Source: Ministeria vibrans ATCC 50519
Taxonomy: Eukaryota > Protista > Filasterea
NCBI GenBank assembly: GCA_943704425.1
Contig: CALSCP010002121.1
Span: 114,895 to 178,894, forward strand
Direction of reading: 5' to 3'
Length of the DNA stretch: 64,000 bases
The notes under the pieces are model-generated. The model worked only from the letters and a program-made list of their open reading frames with translations, was not told the origin of the DNA and did no database searches. This document shows, piece after piece, positions 12,942 through 24,558 of the stretch. The translations under genes were made by a program, and so were the position numbers. Position 1 is the first letter of the stretch; each line of letters begins with the position of its first letter.

Positions 12942-13871
12942 ATGTCGAACTGGGCGTGCTTTGGTCACTCGAAGGGGTTGCGTTACGACTTGGAGGCTGT
13001 CCGCAACGCTCTTCGTCGCGCCAAAATGCTCCCTGCGATTGTCGACCAGTCGCTCGCCCGCCTTGTGTGTGTCTGTGCGATGGGCAGCGCCCAGTCTGGT
13101 ACAGTGGACACTGGCGAGTACGTCGGCGACGTTGGCGCGCGCATCGTGGACTGTTTGAGTCATAGCGCGAGCGACGACTACGTCTTCGCGACGAAACCCT
13201 TGGCGTCGCTTGGTCCTCTCGTCGCACGTCTCTGCACGCGACTCTCCATGCGATGCGACGGAACCGATTCATGGCAACCCACTCTGCCGTATGACCTGAG
13301 TGCCATGCGTCTGTTGCGTGTGCTCACAGCATGCGCCAGTCGCGAGTCTCGCGAGGCGCTCGTCTCGGTCCTCCAGCAAGACGAAATGCGTTGCACCATT
13401 GAACGCTGTCGCGCCACGGCTACTTCAATGACTATGCGTCACACCCACACTGTTGATCTGGACCTTCCCGAGACGTTGATGACGACGCTACTGGGCGAGA
13501 AGAGCGAAAACATTCGTGCGCTCACGATGATCTCCAACGTGCACGTTTCCATCTTCAAGAAGTCGGGTGCCAAGCCCGCTCCGCTTTTCGCCAAGGTGTC
13601 GGCGAGCATTCTTGCGACATTCGAAATGATTGCGACGGACGAAGCGCTCGCCGACACGCGGCAGCACCTGGCCGAGACAGTCATGGGTGTCGTGGGCAGT
13701 CTCGTGTCGCACGCGCGCTTCACCAAGTATCTGGTGGCACTGCGCGTCGCTGAGAAGGCCGAAAAACAAGGTGAGAAGAAGACGAGTAAGAAGATGGCAA
13801 GTGAGGCAACTAAACGGCGTGCGCCCTTCCCGGCGGGTGCCGGTCATGCTCGCAAGCGATTCCATTATTGA
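12942..13871 (+). CDS. Intronless hypothetical protein with degenerate KH-like domain
   Basis: 309-aa ORF from ATG 12942; HTVDLDLPETLMTTLLGEKSENIRALTMISNVHVSI resembles a type-I KH core with altered GxxG. Confidence 0.6.
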   Translation: MSNWACFGHSKGLRYDLEAVRNALRRAKMLPAIVDQSLARLVCVCAMGSAQSGTVDTGEYVGDVGARIVDCLSHSASDDYVFATKPLASLGPLVARLCTRLSMRCDGTDSWQPTLPYDLSAMRLLRVLTACASRESREALVSVLQQDEMRCTIERCRATATSMTMRHTHTVDLDLPETLMTTLLGEKSENIRALTMISNVHVSIFKKSGAKPAPLFAKVSASILATFEMIATDEALADTRQHLAETVMGVVGSLVSHARFTKYLVALRVAEKAEKQGEKKTSKKMASEATKRRAPFPAGAGHARKRFHY

Positions 13872-13957
13872 TTTTTTTTGCTTGAGTCTCTCTAATGCAC
13901 CATTTTTCTTCCTTTTCTCTTTCTTCAAAAACAACCAATATTGGTATAGCAGAGCGC

Positions 13958-15595
13958 ATGTCTCGTCGGGTGTATGGTCTATCGATGGATAGTTTGGTCA
14001 TGACTGGTCGCGATGCGATTTGTGAAGCATTGGACTGTGATGACGGGGAAGAAGACGGATCAAAGTGGGGAAAGCGGAAGAACAGCCGACGCAGACCGAG
14101 TTGCAAACAAGCGAGAGAGGTGATGGCGCAGCGGCGGTCGTCGGGCCGACGCCAATCACGTCTGATGACTCGACTGCGTGATGAGAAGCAACTGGGATTG
14201 GCAATGGACAAGGCATCCATGGTGGTAGTGGCGGAGGAGAATGATAGCGGCGTGGACTCGAGCGAGGAACGGCGAGAGAGTGACAGTGACAGCGTGGTTG
14301 CTGATGCAGCGGATTTGGATTATGGCCACGAGTCGACGTCGCACCATTCTATTCCTTGTGTGGCTCACCACCGGCTATTCCGTGCGCTCACGCAGCATAC
14401 TCTCAATGCTCTGCGTGAGCTGTGGCATGACGTTGCGCAACACACGAGTGCCCTGATATGCTCGTGCGAACACCAGCGCAACCACGACCGACATACCCGT
14501 CAACTGGAAATACTCATGGCTCACGGGAATGCATTGATGAATCGTTCGATGACTTCTGTGTCCATTCAGGTGTCTCTTCCACAAACGGTGCAGGACTATC
14601 TGAAGACGCTGGCCGAGTCATCCTTTGAACAGATGCACCGTCTGCCACTCATTGCTATTGTGTTGGCGGATCCCCTGGCACGTATTCTTTTCAAGGAGAC
14701 GCTGGAGGATCTTGCGCTGCAAGAACGGCGGGCTCGCATGCCTGTCGACACGTCTCCTATAACAGCAGCGATACCAGTGAGTGAGACGCTTCCACTGGCG
14801 CTTCTTCTAGCAGACGTGGGCACCTTTGTGGGTAAAGGCGGAAAAAATCTGAAGGACCTTGTGCGCGAAGCTGTGTTTGTCGTCTTCCAGGAGCGAACGG
14901 AGGTAGTGACGGCGATTCATTCGGCTGTGGAACCGGACCCGATTGTGCACACCCGACGTGTGCTGAAGGTGACACTGACAGTGTCTGACTTGGCACATGT
15001 GCCACAGGCAATGCGAGCGATGTCGTGTTTGCGAGAGCGAGTGAATGCTGAGACGACGCGGGTGGCGCAGGAGCAAAAGGTGCGCTTAGCTGCAGTAACG
15101 AATCGACAACAGGCGTGGATGGCACGACAGGAGAAACGACGGGCGCGATATGCCAGCCGTGGTAATCGTGTAGTTGTACCACTTCCCCCTTCGGCCAAGG
15201 TGCTTGCCACGTTGCGAGTGCACGCCAGGAGACAGTGTGCTCACACGTACAAGTCAAAGGGAGACCGTGGATCGAGGAAGACGTTGGCGAATGTGGCTGT
15301 TCCAAAGCGACGTGAGCTTCAGCGGCTTGTGCGAGAGGCGTCGTCGACGACGGCCGCTGTTGAGGCACAGGCGCGCTCAAGTCAGCTTCGATGCCGATCA
15401 TGCCATGGCGACGCAACAACGGAGCAATGTGAGTGTCACGAGGGTTACTATCTTTCTCACGAAGGCTTCTGGTCGTGCTGCATGTCAGAGGGCATTGACG
15501 CGGCGCCTTGCGCGCTGCGCTTGTGTCATGATTGGCGATCAACCCAGGTCATGAAGCGAGGGCGTGCCAGGAACGATGATTTGTATCAAGAGTAA
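13958..15595 (+). CDS. Intronless protein with KH-like domain and C-terminal Cys/His zinc-binding module
   Basis: VGTFVGKGGKNLKDL (KH GxxG loop); C-terminal CRSC..CECHEG..FWSCC..C..CH resembling a Btk-type zinc motif. Confidence 0.65.
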   Translation: MSRRVYGLSMDSLVMTGRDAICEALDCDDGEEDGSKWGKRKNSRRRPSCKQAREVMAQRRSSGRRQSRLMTRLRDEKQLGLAMDKASMVVVAEENDSGVDSSEERRESDSDSVVADAADLDYGHESTSHHSIPCVAHHRLFRALTQHTLNALRELWHDVAQHTSALICSCEHQRNHDRHTRQLEILMAHGNALMNRSMTSVSIQVSLPQTVQDYLKTLAESSFEQMHRLPLIAIVLADPLARILFKETLEDLALQERRARMPVDTSPITAAIPVSETLPLALLLADVGTFVGKGGKNLKDLVREAVFVVFQERTEVVTAIHSAVEPDPIVHTRRVLKVTLTVSDLAHVPQAMRAMSCLRERVNAETTRVAQEQKVRLAAVTNRQQAWMARQEKRRARYASRGNRVVVPLPPSAKVLATLRVHARRQCAHTYKSKGDRGSRKTLANVAVPKRRELQRLVREASSTTAAVEAQARSSQLRCRSCHGDATTEQCECHEGYYLSHEGFWSCCMSEGIDAAPCALRLCHDWRSTQVMKRGRARNDDLYQE

Positions 15596-15820
15596 ATAAT
15601 ATTTGGAAAGAAAATATTTATAAAATAATACAATTACTTTATTTATTATAGTGTTTAAGTGTTGATTATTTTATTGTGTTACCCTTCCGTCCCTTCGTAT
15701 TTTGTATTAATTCGTTAAATTCTTAATTATTCTGGTGTATTATTATGCATTATAATATTACTTATATAATTATTAATAATTTGGCATTTGGCATTTTTTT
15801 CTGTCCTTGGGTCTCTCTTT

Positions 15821-16537
15821 ATGAATCTCTCGTCTTCTTTTGTTACCTATGCCATTCTACCATATGTTGTAGTGATTGGCACAGCTGTTCTGCTTACTTT
15901 TCCGTTCACAGTGGCCGATTGGCTTCGAGTTGGGCGAAAAATTCAATCCAGTCGTGCACAACCTCCTCGTCTCGCCGAACGTCTTCTCTGTGCCCGCCTG
16001 GTACTTACTAATTTGCTAGTTGTACTCCCTGTGTCACTTCTGTTGTCGTGGCGAGCGCTCGAGTGGCTAACGGACCCGCTTGAAGCGGAATGGCCTTCGT
16101 TTGCAAATGTGTGTGCGCAACTCGCGATTTTTTTTATCGCCGACGATACGGCGTTCTACGTGTATCACCGTGGCCTCCATGCCTCGCCGTGGCTCTACCT
16201 TCACATTCACAAGGTGCACCATCGGTTTACGGCGCCCTTTGCGTGGACGGCGTACGCTACCAATCCGGTTGAGTTTGTGTTGCAGGCTGCTGGAAGTGCA
16301 CTGCCGCTGCTGCTACTCAGACCGCATTTCGGCGTTCTTTTGGTTTGGCTTGTGGTCCGCCAAGTGCCCGGTGTGCTGGATCACGTTGGATTTGCGTGGT
16401 GGCCCTTTGCACGCTTTCACGATCTGCATCATGAAGTCAACACAGGCAACTTCGCCTCTGTCTTTCCTCTCTTGGATGATCTGGGAGGGACTCGAATCAA
16501 ACCAAGCCGGGCGAGTATAGCCAAGCGTGTCCAATGA
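15821..16537 (+). CDS. Fatty acid hydroxylase / sterol desaturase (C4-methylsterol oxidase-like)
   Basis: His boxes HRGLH, HKVHH, DHVG, FHDLHH, then GNFA; TM segments. Confidence 0.88.
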   Translation: MNLSSSFVTYAILPYVVVIGTAVLLTFPFTVADWLRVGRKIQSSRAQPPRLAERLLCARLVLTNLLVVLPVSLLLSWRALEWLTDPLEAEWPSFANVCAQLAIFFIADDTAFYVYHRGLHASPWLYLHIHKVHHRFTAPFAWTAYATNPVEFVLQAAGSALPLLLLRPHFGVLLVWLVVRQVPGVLDHVGFAWWPFARFHDLHHEVNTGNFASVFPLLDDLGGTRIKPSRASIAKRVQ

Positions 16538-17031
16538 ATTCTTGGTAGCGCGTCGAGGCAAAGAGAAAGACAAAGGAAGCGCGCCTGAATCACCAAAGAA
16601 AGAGAAAGGTGCGTGTGTGTGACTGAACAAACTTGTACGCGCCTTCGAGGTACTTGTCTCAAGGACGATGCCACCCTGACAAAGAGACAGCGATGTATGT
16701 CTTGGACGATAATACATGCGCGGTAATTATTAATGGGCGGCTTCATTAACCTGTGAGGAGTGTAATAATTATTATTATTAGTTTGAGTCAAAATAAAAGT
16801 TTACTCATTAATTTATCTGATACTTTTCACTATTGCGTGGCATTGTCTATCTCCCCATTCACAAATCACCAAACCCAAACCTCTGCCTAGCATTTGAACT
16901 TTGGACGTAGATTTTCGTAGATCTACGCAATGTCCAAAAATCCAACTGTACAAAACATGTTGTCACCAATTGGACTTGTACTCATTGCAACACCCCTACA
17001 CCCATAGCTAAACATCCGCACGCGGCCGAAC

Positions 17032-20000
17032 ATGGACCTGTTCTGCTCTCAGTTGCTTGAAATGGGTGTTGACAGAGACTTGATCGACCTCGCCATTCAC
17101 GATGGCTTCGTGGAAGTGCCAGCGGCGCTCGATTGGTAAGCGATCGTTGAAACTGCACCTACCGAGCCTCTTAGATCCCTCTGCCGCTCCAGCCGTTGCG
17201 ATGTCTTTTTGTTTTTTGTTGACGAATTGTTTTCGTGATGCGTCATTTTTGTTTCCAGGATTCTCGCTGGATGTATTCCTCGCGAAAACGCCGAAAAGGA
17301 GAGTGCGCTTGACGCGGCGCAGCTTGTCAAGAATGTGCCATCATATGGCGGACCTGTCGTTGCGGATGCGACGGGTGGCGAATCGAGGACGGCGACGGGA
17401 CGCGCTGGTGAGACGCACCAGCCGGCTGTGGTCGCGCTTGAGACGCGAATGCGCAACCGCGAGGAAGCAGAGGAATTTGAGAAGCGCGAGTCGTGCCGAC
17501 GTGCGGAACAGTTGAAGAAGAAGAAACGTGCTGACGCGGAGAACCGTCGAAATGTGCTTGCCGAAGTCGAGGCAGATCGCAAAATGCAAAAGTTGCGTCG
17601 TGGAGAGCTGGTCGATGTTGACATGGAAACGCCACACATTGCTACTGCTGCTGCTGCTGCTAGCACTGCCACCTCCACGACAAGACCTGCTGAGTCTGTA
17701 TTGCAAATCAGGCTGCCAGGTCCGCCGGGGATACTCAAGGTGGTGTTGGCATCGACGGCGTCCTTGAGTGAGGTCATTGCTAAAGTCGCACCCACCGTCA
17801 ACGGCAGTTTTCACTTGTTGCAGGCGTTTCCGCGGCGTATCTACAACGAAGAAGATCATTTCAAGAGCCTTGTAGAGCTAGGATTGGCGGGGCGTGCTAG
17901 TCTTAACGTCCTATTGCAGCCTGGCAAACAGGCTGTATCTCTGCCTTCACTGACGTACAAGCAAAAGCAAGAAAAACCATCACCAATGAGAATGATTTTT
18001 ATTTTTGTTTTCTGTGTATGTGTAGGATGGATTTGCCAGTCAAGACAGAGAAAGTGCCGGTACGAATGCCATCGCAGGAGCAAAGGGCGGTTGGTGTAGG
18101 ATACCGATGGGGCAGAGGTGCAAAGTTGGACGGAGACGGTGAGGTGGAGGAAGAAGAAGAGGGCGAAGAGGGGGAGAGGGAAGAGGGGGAGAGGGAAGAG
18201 GGGGAGAGGGAAGAGGAGGCGATGGGTGAAGAAGATGAGGAAATGGCCGAGGGAGAAGCTATGGATGTGAACGATGTGGACATGGAAGGTGGGGTGGACG
18301 AGAACGAAGGTGACGAGGAAGACGATGAGATGGGGGATGGCGAAGACGAAAATGATGCGGATGACAATGGTCCACCGCGAGTGGGACGATTTAATTTTGG
18401 ACCTGGGGCAGCGCCATTCAACCCAGTGCTCCATCAGAGACGAGTGGGTCGAAATGCCCCCATGCAGCCGTTTGGCGGCCAAGGTAACCGACTGGGCGAT
18501 GCTGCGTCCGCTGAGGCTCCCGCCGCCGCTGCCGATGCTGCTGCCGCTGCGGCGCCTGCCCTAGCCGCTGCTCCACAGCAACATGCTGAGCCACAGCCGC
18601 AAGTTGATCCTCGTCAGGCACGACTGGCCGCCTTGGAACGGCGCAGTGCAGAGGCGGCGGAGGTCGCTGAGGAGCAGGCACGCGAGAGGGCGATTGAACA
18701 GGAGTTTAGCGTGAAGAAAGTGTGGGAGCAGTACTGGCGCAAGAACCCGACACTGTTTGCATTGACCGCCGAAACTTTGGCGAGCCTTATTAAACGACGT
18801 TTGCCGGCGACGATGAAGATGTCGGGTCTGTCTGCGGACGTTGCCGCGCACGTGATTCGTCTGTTGTGCCGCGACGGCACCCTCAACGGCAAGATTGTCG
18901 AGACGTTTGCGCCGTGTGGCCTCACTGACCTCGACTTGGGTGACTACTCCAAGCTGGGCAATGAAATTGCGCTGGCAAGCTCGCGTCATGTGTACTTGCG
19001 CTCGCTCAATCTGTCAGGTGGTCCGTTTCTTACCGACGAAGGACTGCGATTATTCAACCGGTTTGATTGCCTGACGGCGCTTGACCTGGGACTGTGCAAG
19101 TGCCTGACGGACGGTGCAGTCGAGTACATTTGCGAGCTCAAACGCGACACGCTCACGGCGCTTAGTCTGGAGAACAGCAAAGTGAGCGATCATGGCTTTG
19201 CGCGTTTGTGCGAGCACTTTCATACGCTGGAGCGTCTCAACGTGGCCGGCACACATGTGACAGGCGCCACGCTGGGATCGTGTGCCTTGCTCAAGTGTCT
19301 CGTGTCGCTAAATGTGTCGCGCACGCAGACCCGCTCGTTTGCTCGACTGCCTGCGCTCACATCCTTACGCTCGCTTGCCATTGACAAGGTTCCCGTGAGC
19401 GACAGCCGCGAAATTTTGGCGCTCTGCATGGCCGTGCCCAGCCTAACAGCGCTAAGCCTGGCAGGTGTCGAGGTTGGCGACGAGGCTCTTGCGTTTATTG
19501 GCGAGCATCTGCAGCGTCTCGAGACCATTCTGTTGCCGCATCGACTGCACGTGTCGGACGCAGCGCTACCAAGCATTGCGCGTCTGCATTGTCTGCGTCA
19601 GTTAGATCTCGATGGTTATCGTCAGGTGACCGACAAAGGCGTGGCGTCGCTCGTGCCGCTGCGCTCCTCGTTGCGTCGTCTGTCGCTTGCCAACACCAAC
19701 ATTAGCGACGATGCTTTTGCGTCGCTCATTCAACTGACCGAACTGCGCGACCTTGTGCTCGATCGTACCGCCATCACCGACGCAGGCCTGCTCATGCTCC
19801 AGGGTCACCTACCCTATCTTGAGGAGCTATCACTGGCGGCCACGGCCGTTGGTGAGCGAGTCAGTCAGTCTCTCAACGGCCTTCAGCACCTGGAGCGCCT
19901 CAACCTGTCGCACACTCGTGCCTTTGACGAAGGTACGTTTTTATTTTATTTTTCTATCAGAATAAGAAAAGAATTATTAATAGAGAATTTCAATGTCAAA

Positions 20001-20343
20001 ACAAAACAAGACAATATACAAACCAAGCACAATACTTTTTCACCGTAGACTAACTACGATAATAATAATAATTATTATATATTTTTTCCTGACGATTGCA
20101 GATCTTATGGCACTCAATTTGCCCTCTTTGCGTCTGCTCAATCTTGATTGTGCCCACATTTCCGATGCGACGGCTGGGCTGATGCTGACGCGGCTGCTGC
20201 TGCCGTCGCTACAGACGGTGCGTGCTCGAGTGCGTCGAGCAGTGGTGGCGCAGCAGGGAGGCGCTGTCGGCCAGCAGAGAATGAATTGGAATGCGGCTGG
20301 TGTGGACGAGGAGGAGGACGAGGAAGAAGATGTGGACATGTAA
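17032..20343 (+). CDS. UBA-UBX-SHP-LRR protein (p97/VCP cofactor-like, multi-exon)
   Basis: N-terminal QLLEMG..AALDW (UBA); coiled coil; LQIRLP..FPRR..SLVELGL (UBX); FGGQGNRLG (SHP box); many LxxLxLxxT-type LRRs. Confidence 0.8.
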
Positions 20344-20508
20344 AGATGCACTAAAATTAATTGACTGTTCGATTTGCATAATAATCATTATGGTTTATCA
20401 GTCCTGTATCAGTAGTAAAACGACAAAAGAGTTGCATTTCCCTTCTAAATATACAGTTGTAAGTCTTGGGCGTCTCCCAAAGCTAAATATTGCGGGGTTG
20501 CAGCTTAA

Positions 20509-21156
20509 TTAGGTCTCGATCGAATAGGAGAAGAGGGCGAGACGACGACCCGACGGCAGGCGACTCACGAGAAACACAGGCTTGGTGGCCGAGTCAAACT
20601 CGTCGGCAGAGTCGACATGAACGTAGTCAATGGGAACAAGGGAAGACCACAGGGACCGTGCAGAATCGCTGTCCGTCTTGGACCAACTGTCCGTTCCGCG
20701 CGTGAGACGCCTTTGGAAATGAGCGAAAACCTCTTCGACAGTGTTGAGCCTTTCCACAGAAGTGCCCGGCCAGCGCGATGCCTCTCCTACTCCCAGGGCC
20801 GGCAAGAGATCTCCTTTTGATGGAAAGAGACCCACGAGGCAGCCAGCGTCCGTTTCGCTTTGCCAGTGAATGCGTTGTGGCGAGCGCGACCATTCGCAGA
20901 GCTGTTGGGCGACGCGACCGTCGTGAAGCACCATTTCCGCTTGCGCCATTGCCTCGACGTCGCTGTCCGCATGCACAGTCAGCGTATGGCAACCCTCGTC
21001 GTCGCTTCGATGGTACACGCCCGACGGCCAGCGCCTGACAAATGCTTGGGAGGCACCAAGACGCGCGGTGATTTCATCGACGACGCCACTCTCGACAGGG
21101 TCCGCATTGGAGTTGGAGGGTGCCGCTGTAGCAGTCGTATGGGCTTGGGTTGACAT
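20509..21156 (-). CDS. Intronless protein with NuiA (nuclease A inhibitor)-like C-terminal domain
   Basis: WQSETD and terminal PVFLVSRLPSGRRLALFSYSIET* parallel NuiA FMSESE and VYVIGETPAGNLAGISTKVVET* as recalled. Confidence 0.6.
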   Translation of the reverse strand: MSTQAHTTATAAPSNSNADPVESGVVDEITARLGASQAFVRRWPSGVYHRSDDEGCHTLTVHADSDVEAMAQAEMVLHDGRVAQQLCEWSRSPQRIHWQSETDAGCLVGLFPSKGDLLPALGVGEASRWPGTSVERLNTVEEVFAHFQRRLTRGTDSWSKTDSDSARSLWSSLVPIDYVHVDSADEFDSATKPVFLVSRLPSGRRLALFSYSIET

Positions 21157-21478
21157 TGTACGCAATAAGTAGGTGGAGCGTGTCAGATGTTGAAGCATAC
21201 AGGAGGAAGGAAAATGTGAAAGTTCAAAGTTGAAACGCTTGATTCTTGAAGCTGCTGTCGGTGTCACGAGACTAACGACTGACGACAGTTACATCGTACA
21301 TGTCGCGTGAGTTAAATTTATTGGGTTTGTGACATAGCACTGTACAGTGTACACAGTATACACCGGGGTGTCACGTACTTGTCAGAGCGAGGAGTGTCAG
21401 TGATCTGATTAGATTAGAGAAAGTCTTTTGATTTTCTTTGTCATTATTTTTTTGTTTTTAAAAATTAACTTCCCAATC

Positions 21479-22067
21479 ATGACTGACACACTTCCGGCCG
21501 ATGGTAGTAGTGACTCTGTTCACTCTGGCCATTTGGTTGGTCAACCTGGCGAGGCAATGGAGGAATGGAAAATGCGCATTGAAAAGGTGAGAAAAGCGAA
21601 AGACAAACGAGTTTTTGATTCGTTTTCGATGTGATTCTTTGTGGCGCCAAACCTCCTGTGACTTGAGCAGATATGTCATGGATTGGAGGAGGAGGTCAAA
21701 AGTGCCGAGCAGCGCATTGCAGTGAGCCATCGTAAGACAGTCGTTGAAGAGAAAGAAGGAAAAAACGTTTTGCGCTCTTTTTCTCGCTACTTTAGGTGAT
21801 GTGTGGGAATTGAACTGCTCTCTGTTGCTCTCCTCAAACCCCCAGCTGGTAGGATAGCATTTTGCACGCACGCTATGCAAAGCAACCAAGGCAACTGACG
21901 AAGGGTGTTTGCAGGAGGCAGAGTTTAAGGAATTGATGGACTCCGTTGCACATGAGCCGCACATGACAAGCTGCCCCGCACCGGCAACCACGCACACAAG
22001 CGACACATCTCTTACGCCCCCACAGGATTTGTCTGTCGCCGAACAGAGCGAACCAATGGAACTGTGA
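21479..22067 (+). CDS. Small spliced hypothetical protein
   Basis: ATG 21479 MTDTLPAD..MRIEK followed by plausible GT-AG introns, final exon EAEFKELMDS..EPMEL*; no recognisable domain. Confidence 0.4.
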
Positions 22068-22250
22068 ATCAAGTTGAAGTTTCGTATTTTGTTCTTCTTT
22101 CAACTCTTATTATGATTGTGCAAAATTGTACTCTTACACACAATTTTCCACAAATAACACACACATACTCTCACGCACACACATAAGCGCGAGAAAAAAA
22201 CAGCATCAAAATAACCAAGAAAAAAAAACAGAGAAAAGACAGCGCGACGT

Positions 22251-24254
22251 CTACTGAAGTTCTTTGATCTGCTTAATGAGATAGATCTTCTCGTCGTTAA
22301 ACTGCTCGTCTTCGCTGCGGTCCGTGTGGAACTTGGCAAGGTACTCAATGAGGCGGTCTTTGTTCTTCAGCAGAATGTCAAGCACCGGTTTCGCCTTGTT
22401 GGGATTTGCCACAAAGACCTAAACACACAAGTCAGCGAGCGAAGTGGGACACGACTGTGCGAGTCGGACCTTGAAGACGTGAAAGGCCTCGTATTGAATG
22501 TTGCGGGAGGAGTCGCGAAGGAGGTTCATGGTGAGCTTGAGGTTGTCGGCGACGCCAATAAACTTGGTCATTGTGTTGAAGTTGGCACGATCCAGCAGAA
22601 TCTCACCCAAAAGCTGGAGGGAGTAACATTGAGGAGGAAAGAAATGCGCGTCAGCAGCGTTGGCCAGTCACTGTGGCAGTACCTTGAGCGACTGTCGCTT
22701 TGTAACGTAGTTCTCACTGTTGAGCAGTTTCATAAAAGATTCAAAGAACTGCACATGCAGGAATGACAACAAGAGCGGTCAAGACTCGACGCGTGATCAT
22801 TCTGATTACCTTGTCATAGTTTTCGTCAAGGTACTCTGCACACATCGTCTTGTGCTTGGTGAGAAGATCTTTGAAGGTCGCATACGCATCACTGGCAATG
22901 TCAAAAGTGCTCAGCTCGACATAGCGAAACAGACTGTCAAACTTGTCGGAGCGCAGGATAATTTTGGCCAGTGACTCGTGTCGGATGCACTCTCGCAACA
23001 TTATTCCAGCCGACAGCGCAATCTCAGGAGTATCATATCTGATCATGACAAAGCGAGAAAGAGAGAAAGAGGAGAAGGAAAAAAACAAAGCGTTAGACGA
23101 AGAGCGAAGCAAAGCGTTAGAGGAAGAGCGAAACAAAGTGCGCGTGAGTGTGAGTGTACGTGCGTATGCGAGAGAGAAAAGGGAAAGAAATATGATAATA
23201 ATAATAATAAAATGAATATAATAATAATTAATACAGTACCCTGCGAGCAAGTCAAAGAGAATCTTGTCGTGCGCCTGGATGTACTCCACTGTGGGAAACC
23301 TTTGTCCAATTTGCCGTCGTACAAGATTGTTAAAGATCAATGCACAATCTTTCTTCGCCTACACACACAGGTGCACAAAGGACCATGTCAGATGCAACGC
23401 TTATGCCAAACGCGATTCTCACCTCAAAGTCTAGCCGATCGAGATTCTCCACAAGCGGCCCCAAGACATTGTTCTGACACAGCTCGCTGGCCAACTGTCC
23501 CTTGAGCTCCGTGCTCGGCTCGTTCTCTACGGTCAATAAGATTTGGTCAACAAACAAACATCATAGTTATTTTTAAGGGTTTGGCAAGTTTCGTTCTCAA
23601 CACGTCACGCTCGCCCAAAAACGACACCGGCAGACATTGAACATCAAGATTCACGCATACACGTGCAGCACGCGACGCCCAACGCTGCCTATCTATTGCC
23701 TTGTCGTTTTTTTTCTTCAGCAAAGGGCGATTTTGAAACAGCTTTCAAGAGACTGTGGGGCTTGATGGCCATTTCAAGTGCATTGGTGGGCAGGCAGGCA
23801 AACAGCAATATTGAATGCGAGGCAAAAGCAACGAGATTTCGACAGGAAAGAGGCGCACTGGTGCGAAACCAAAAACGTAAAATCAGGGGCAAAAAAGTCT
23901 TTTGGAGAAAAAAAAACGATGAGAGCGTCGTTTGCCTTACCCGAGTCGCCATAGAGCACCAGCTTGCATTGTCCCAGCAGCTTTCCAAGTTCTCCCGCGG
24001 CCTATTTCGACGGGGAGTGCGAGAGGGAGCGAGTGGATGAGAAAGAAGGTCAGATTGTCGAAGCGACGCTCGGGGCATCGCCCAGGCACCCAGGGGCGTC
24101 GAGCAGCACGCCACGATGCGTGTGCAAGTGTGCAGGGTGGAGTGCACAGCCACGGTACCTTTTCATTCGGTCGCGTCGCGAGAAACTCCTCAAAGGCTTT
24201 CGCCAGGTCCTGTGGTGATTTGATTTTACTCTTGCCGCTGAAGAACTTGGCCAT
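22251..24254 (-). CDS. CAB39: MO25 / calcium-binding protein 39 (multi-exon)
   Basis: [74 protein letters not shown]. Confidence 0.96.
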
Positions 24255-24558
24255 GGTGTTTTACAAAGAGTACTCAGTAGAGAAAAAAAAATGAGAAATT
24301 GTTTATAGAGACTAGAGATAGGAGAATTTCAGAGATAAGTGACGACTATTGTGCGACTATTTGTGTCTCCGCTCCCTCTGACCCTCTCGACGCTCATGTA
24401 GGTTGTAGTAAATGTAGGCTGTACTTTGGCCTTTGCGTCATTGAGTAGCTCATGATTATTCTCATAACTTATAAAGACGAGTTTCAGTTTATTTGTTGAC
24501 TTGTCATTCATTTGTGACTTTCACCTTTCTTTCTCTTTACTTCGTTCTTCACGTCTTA

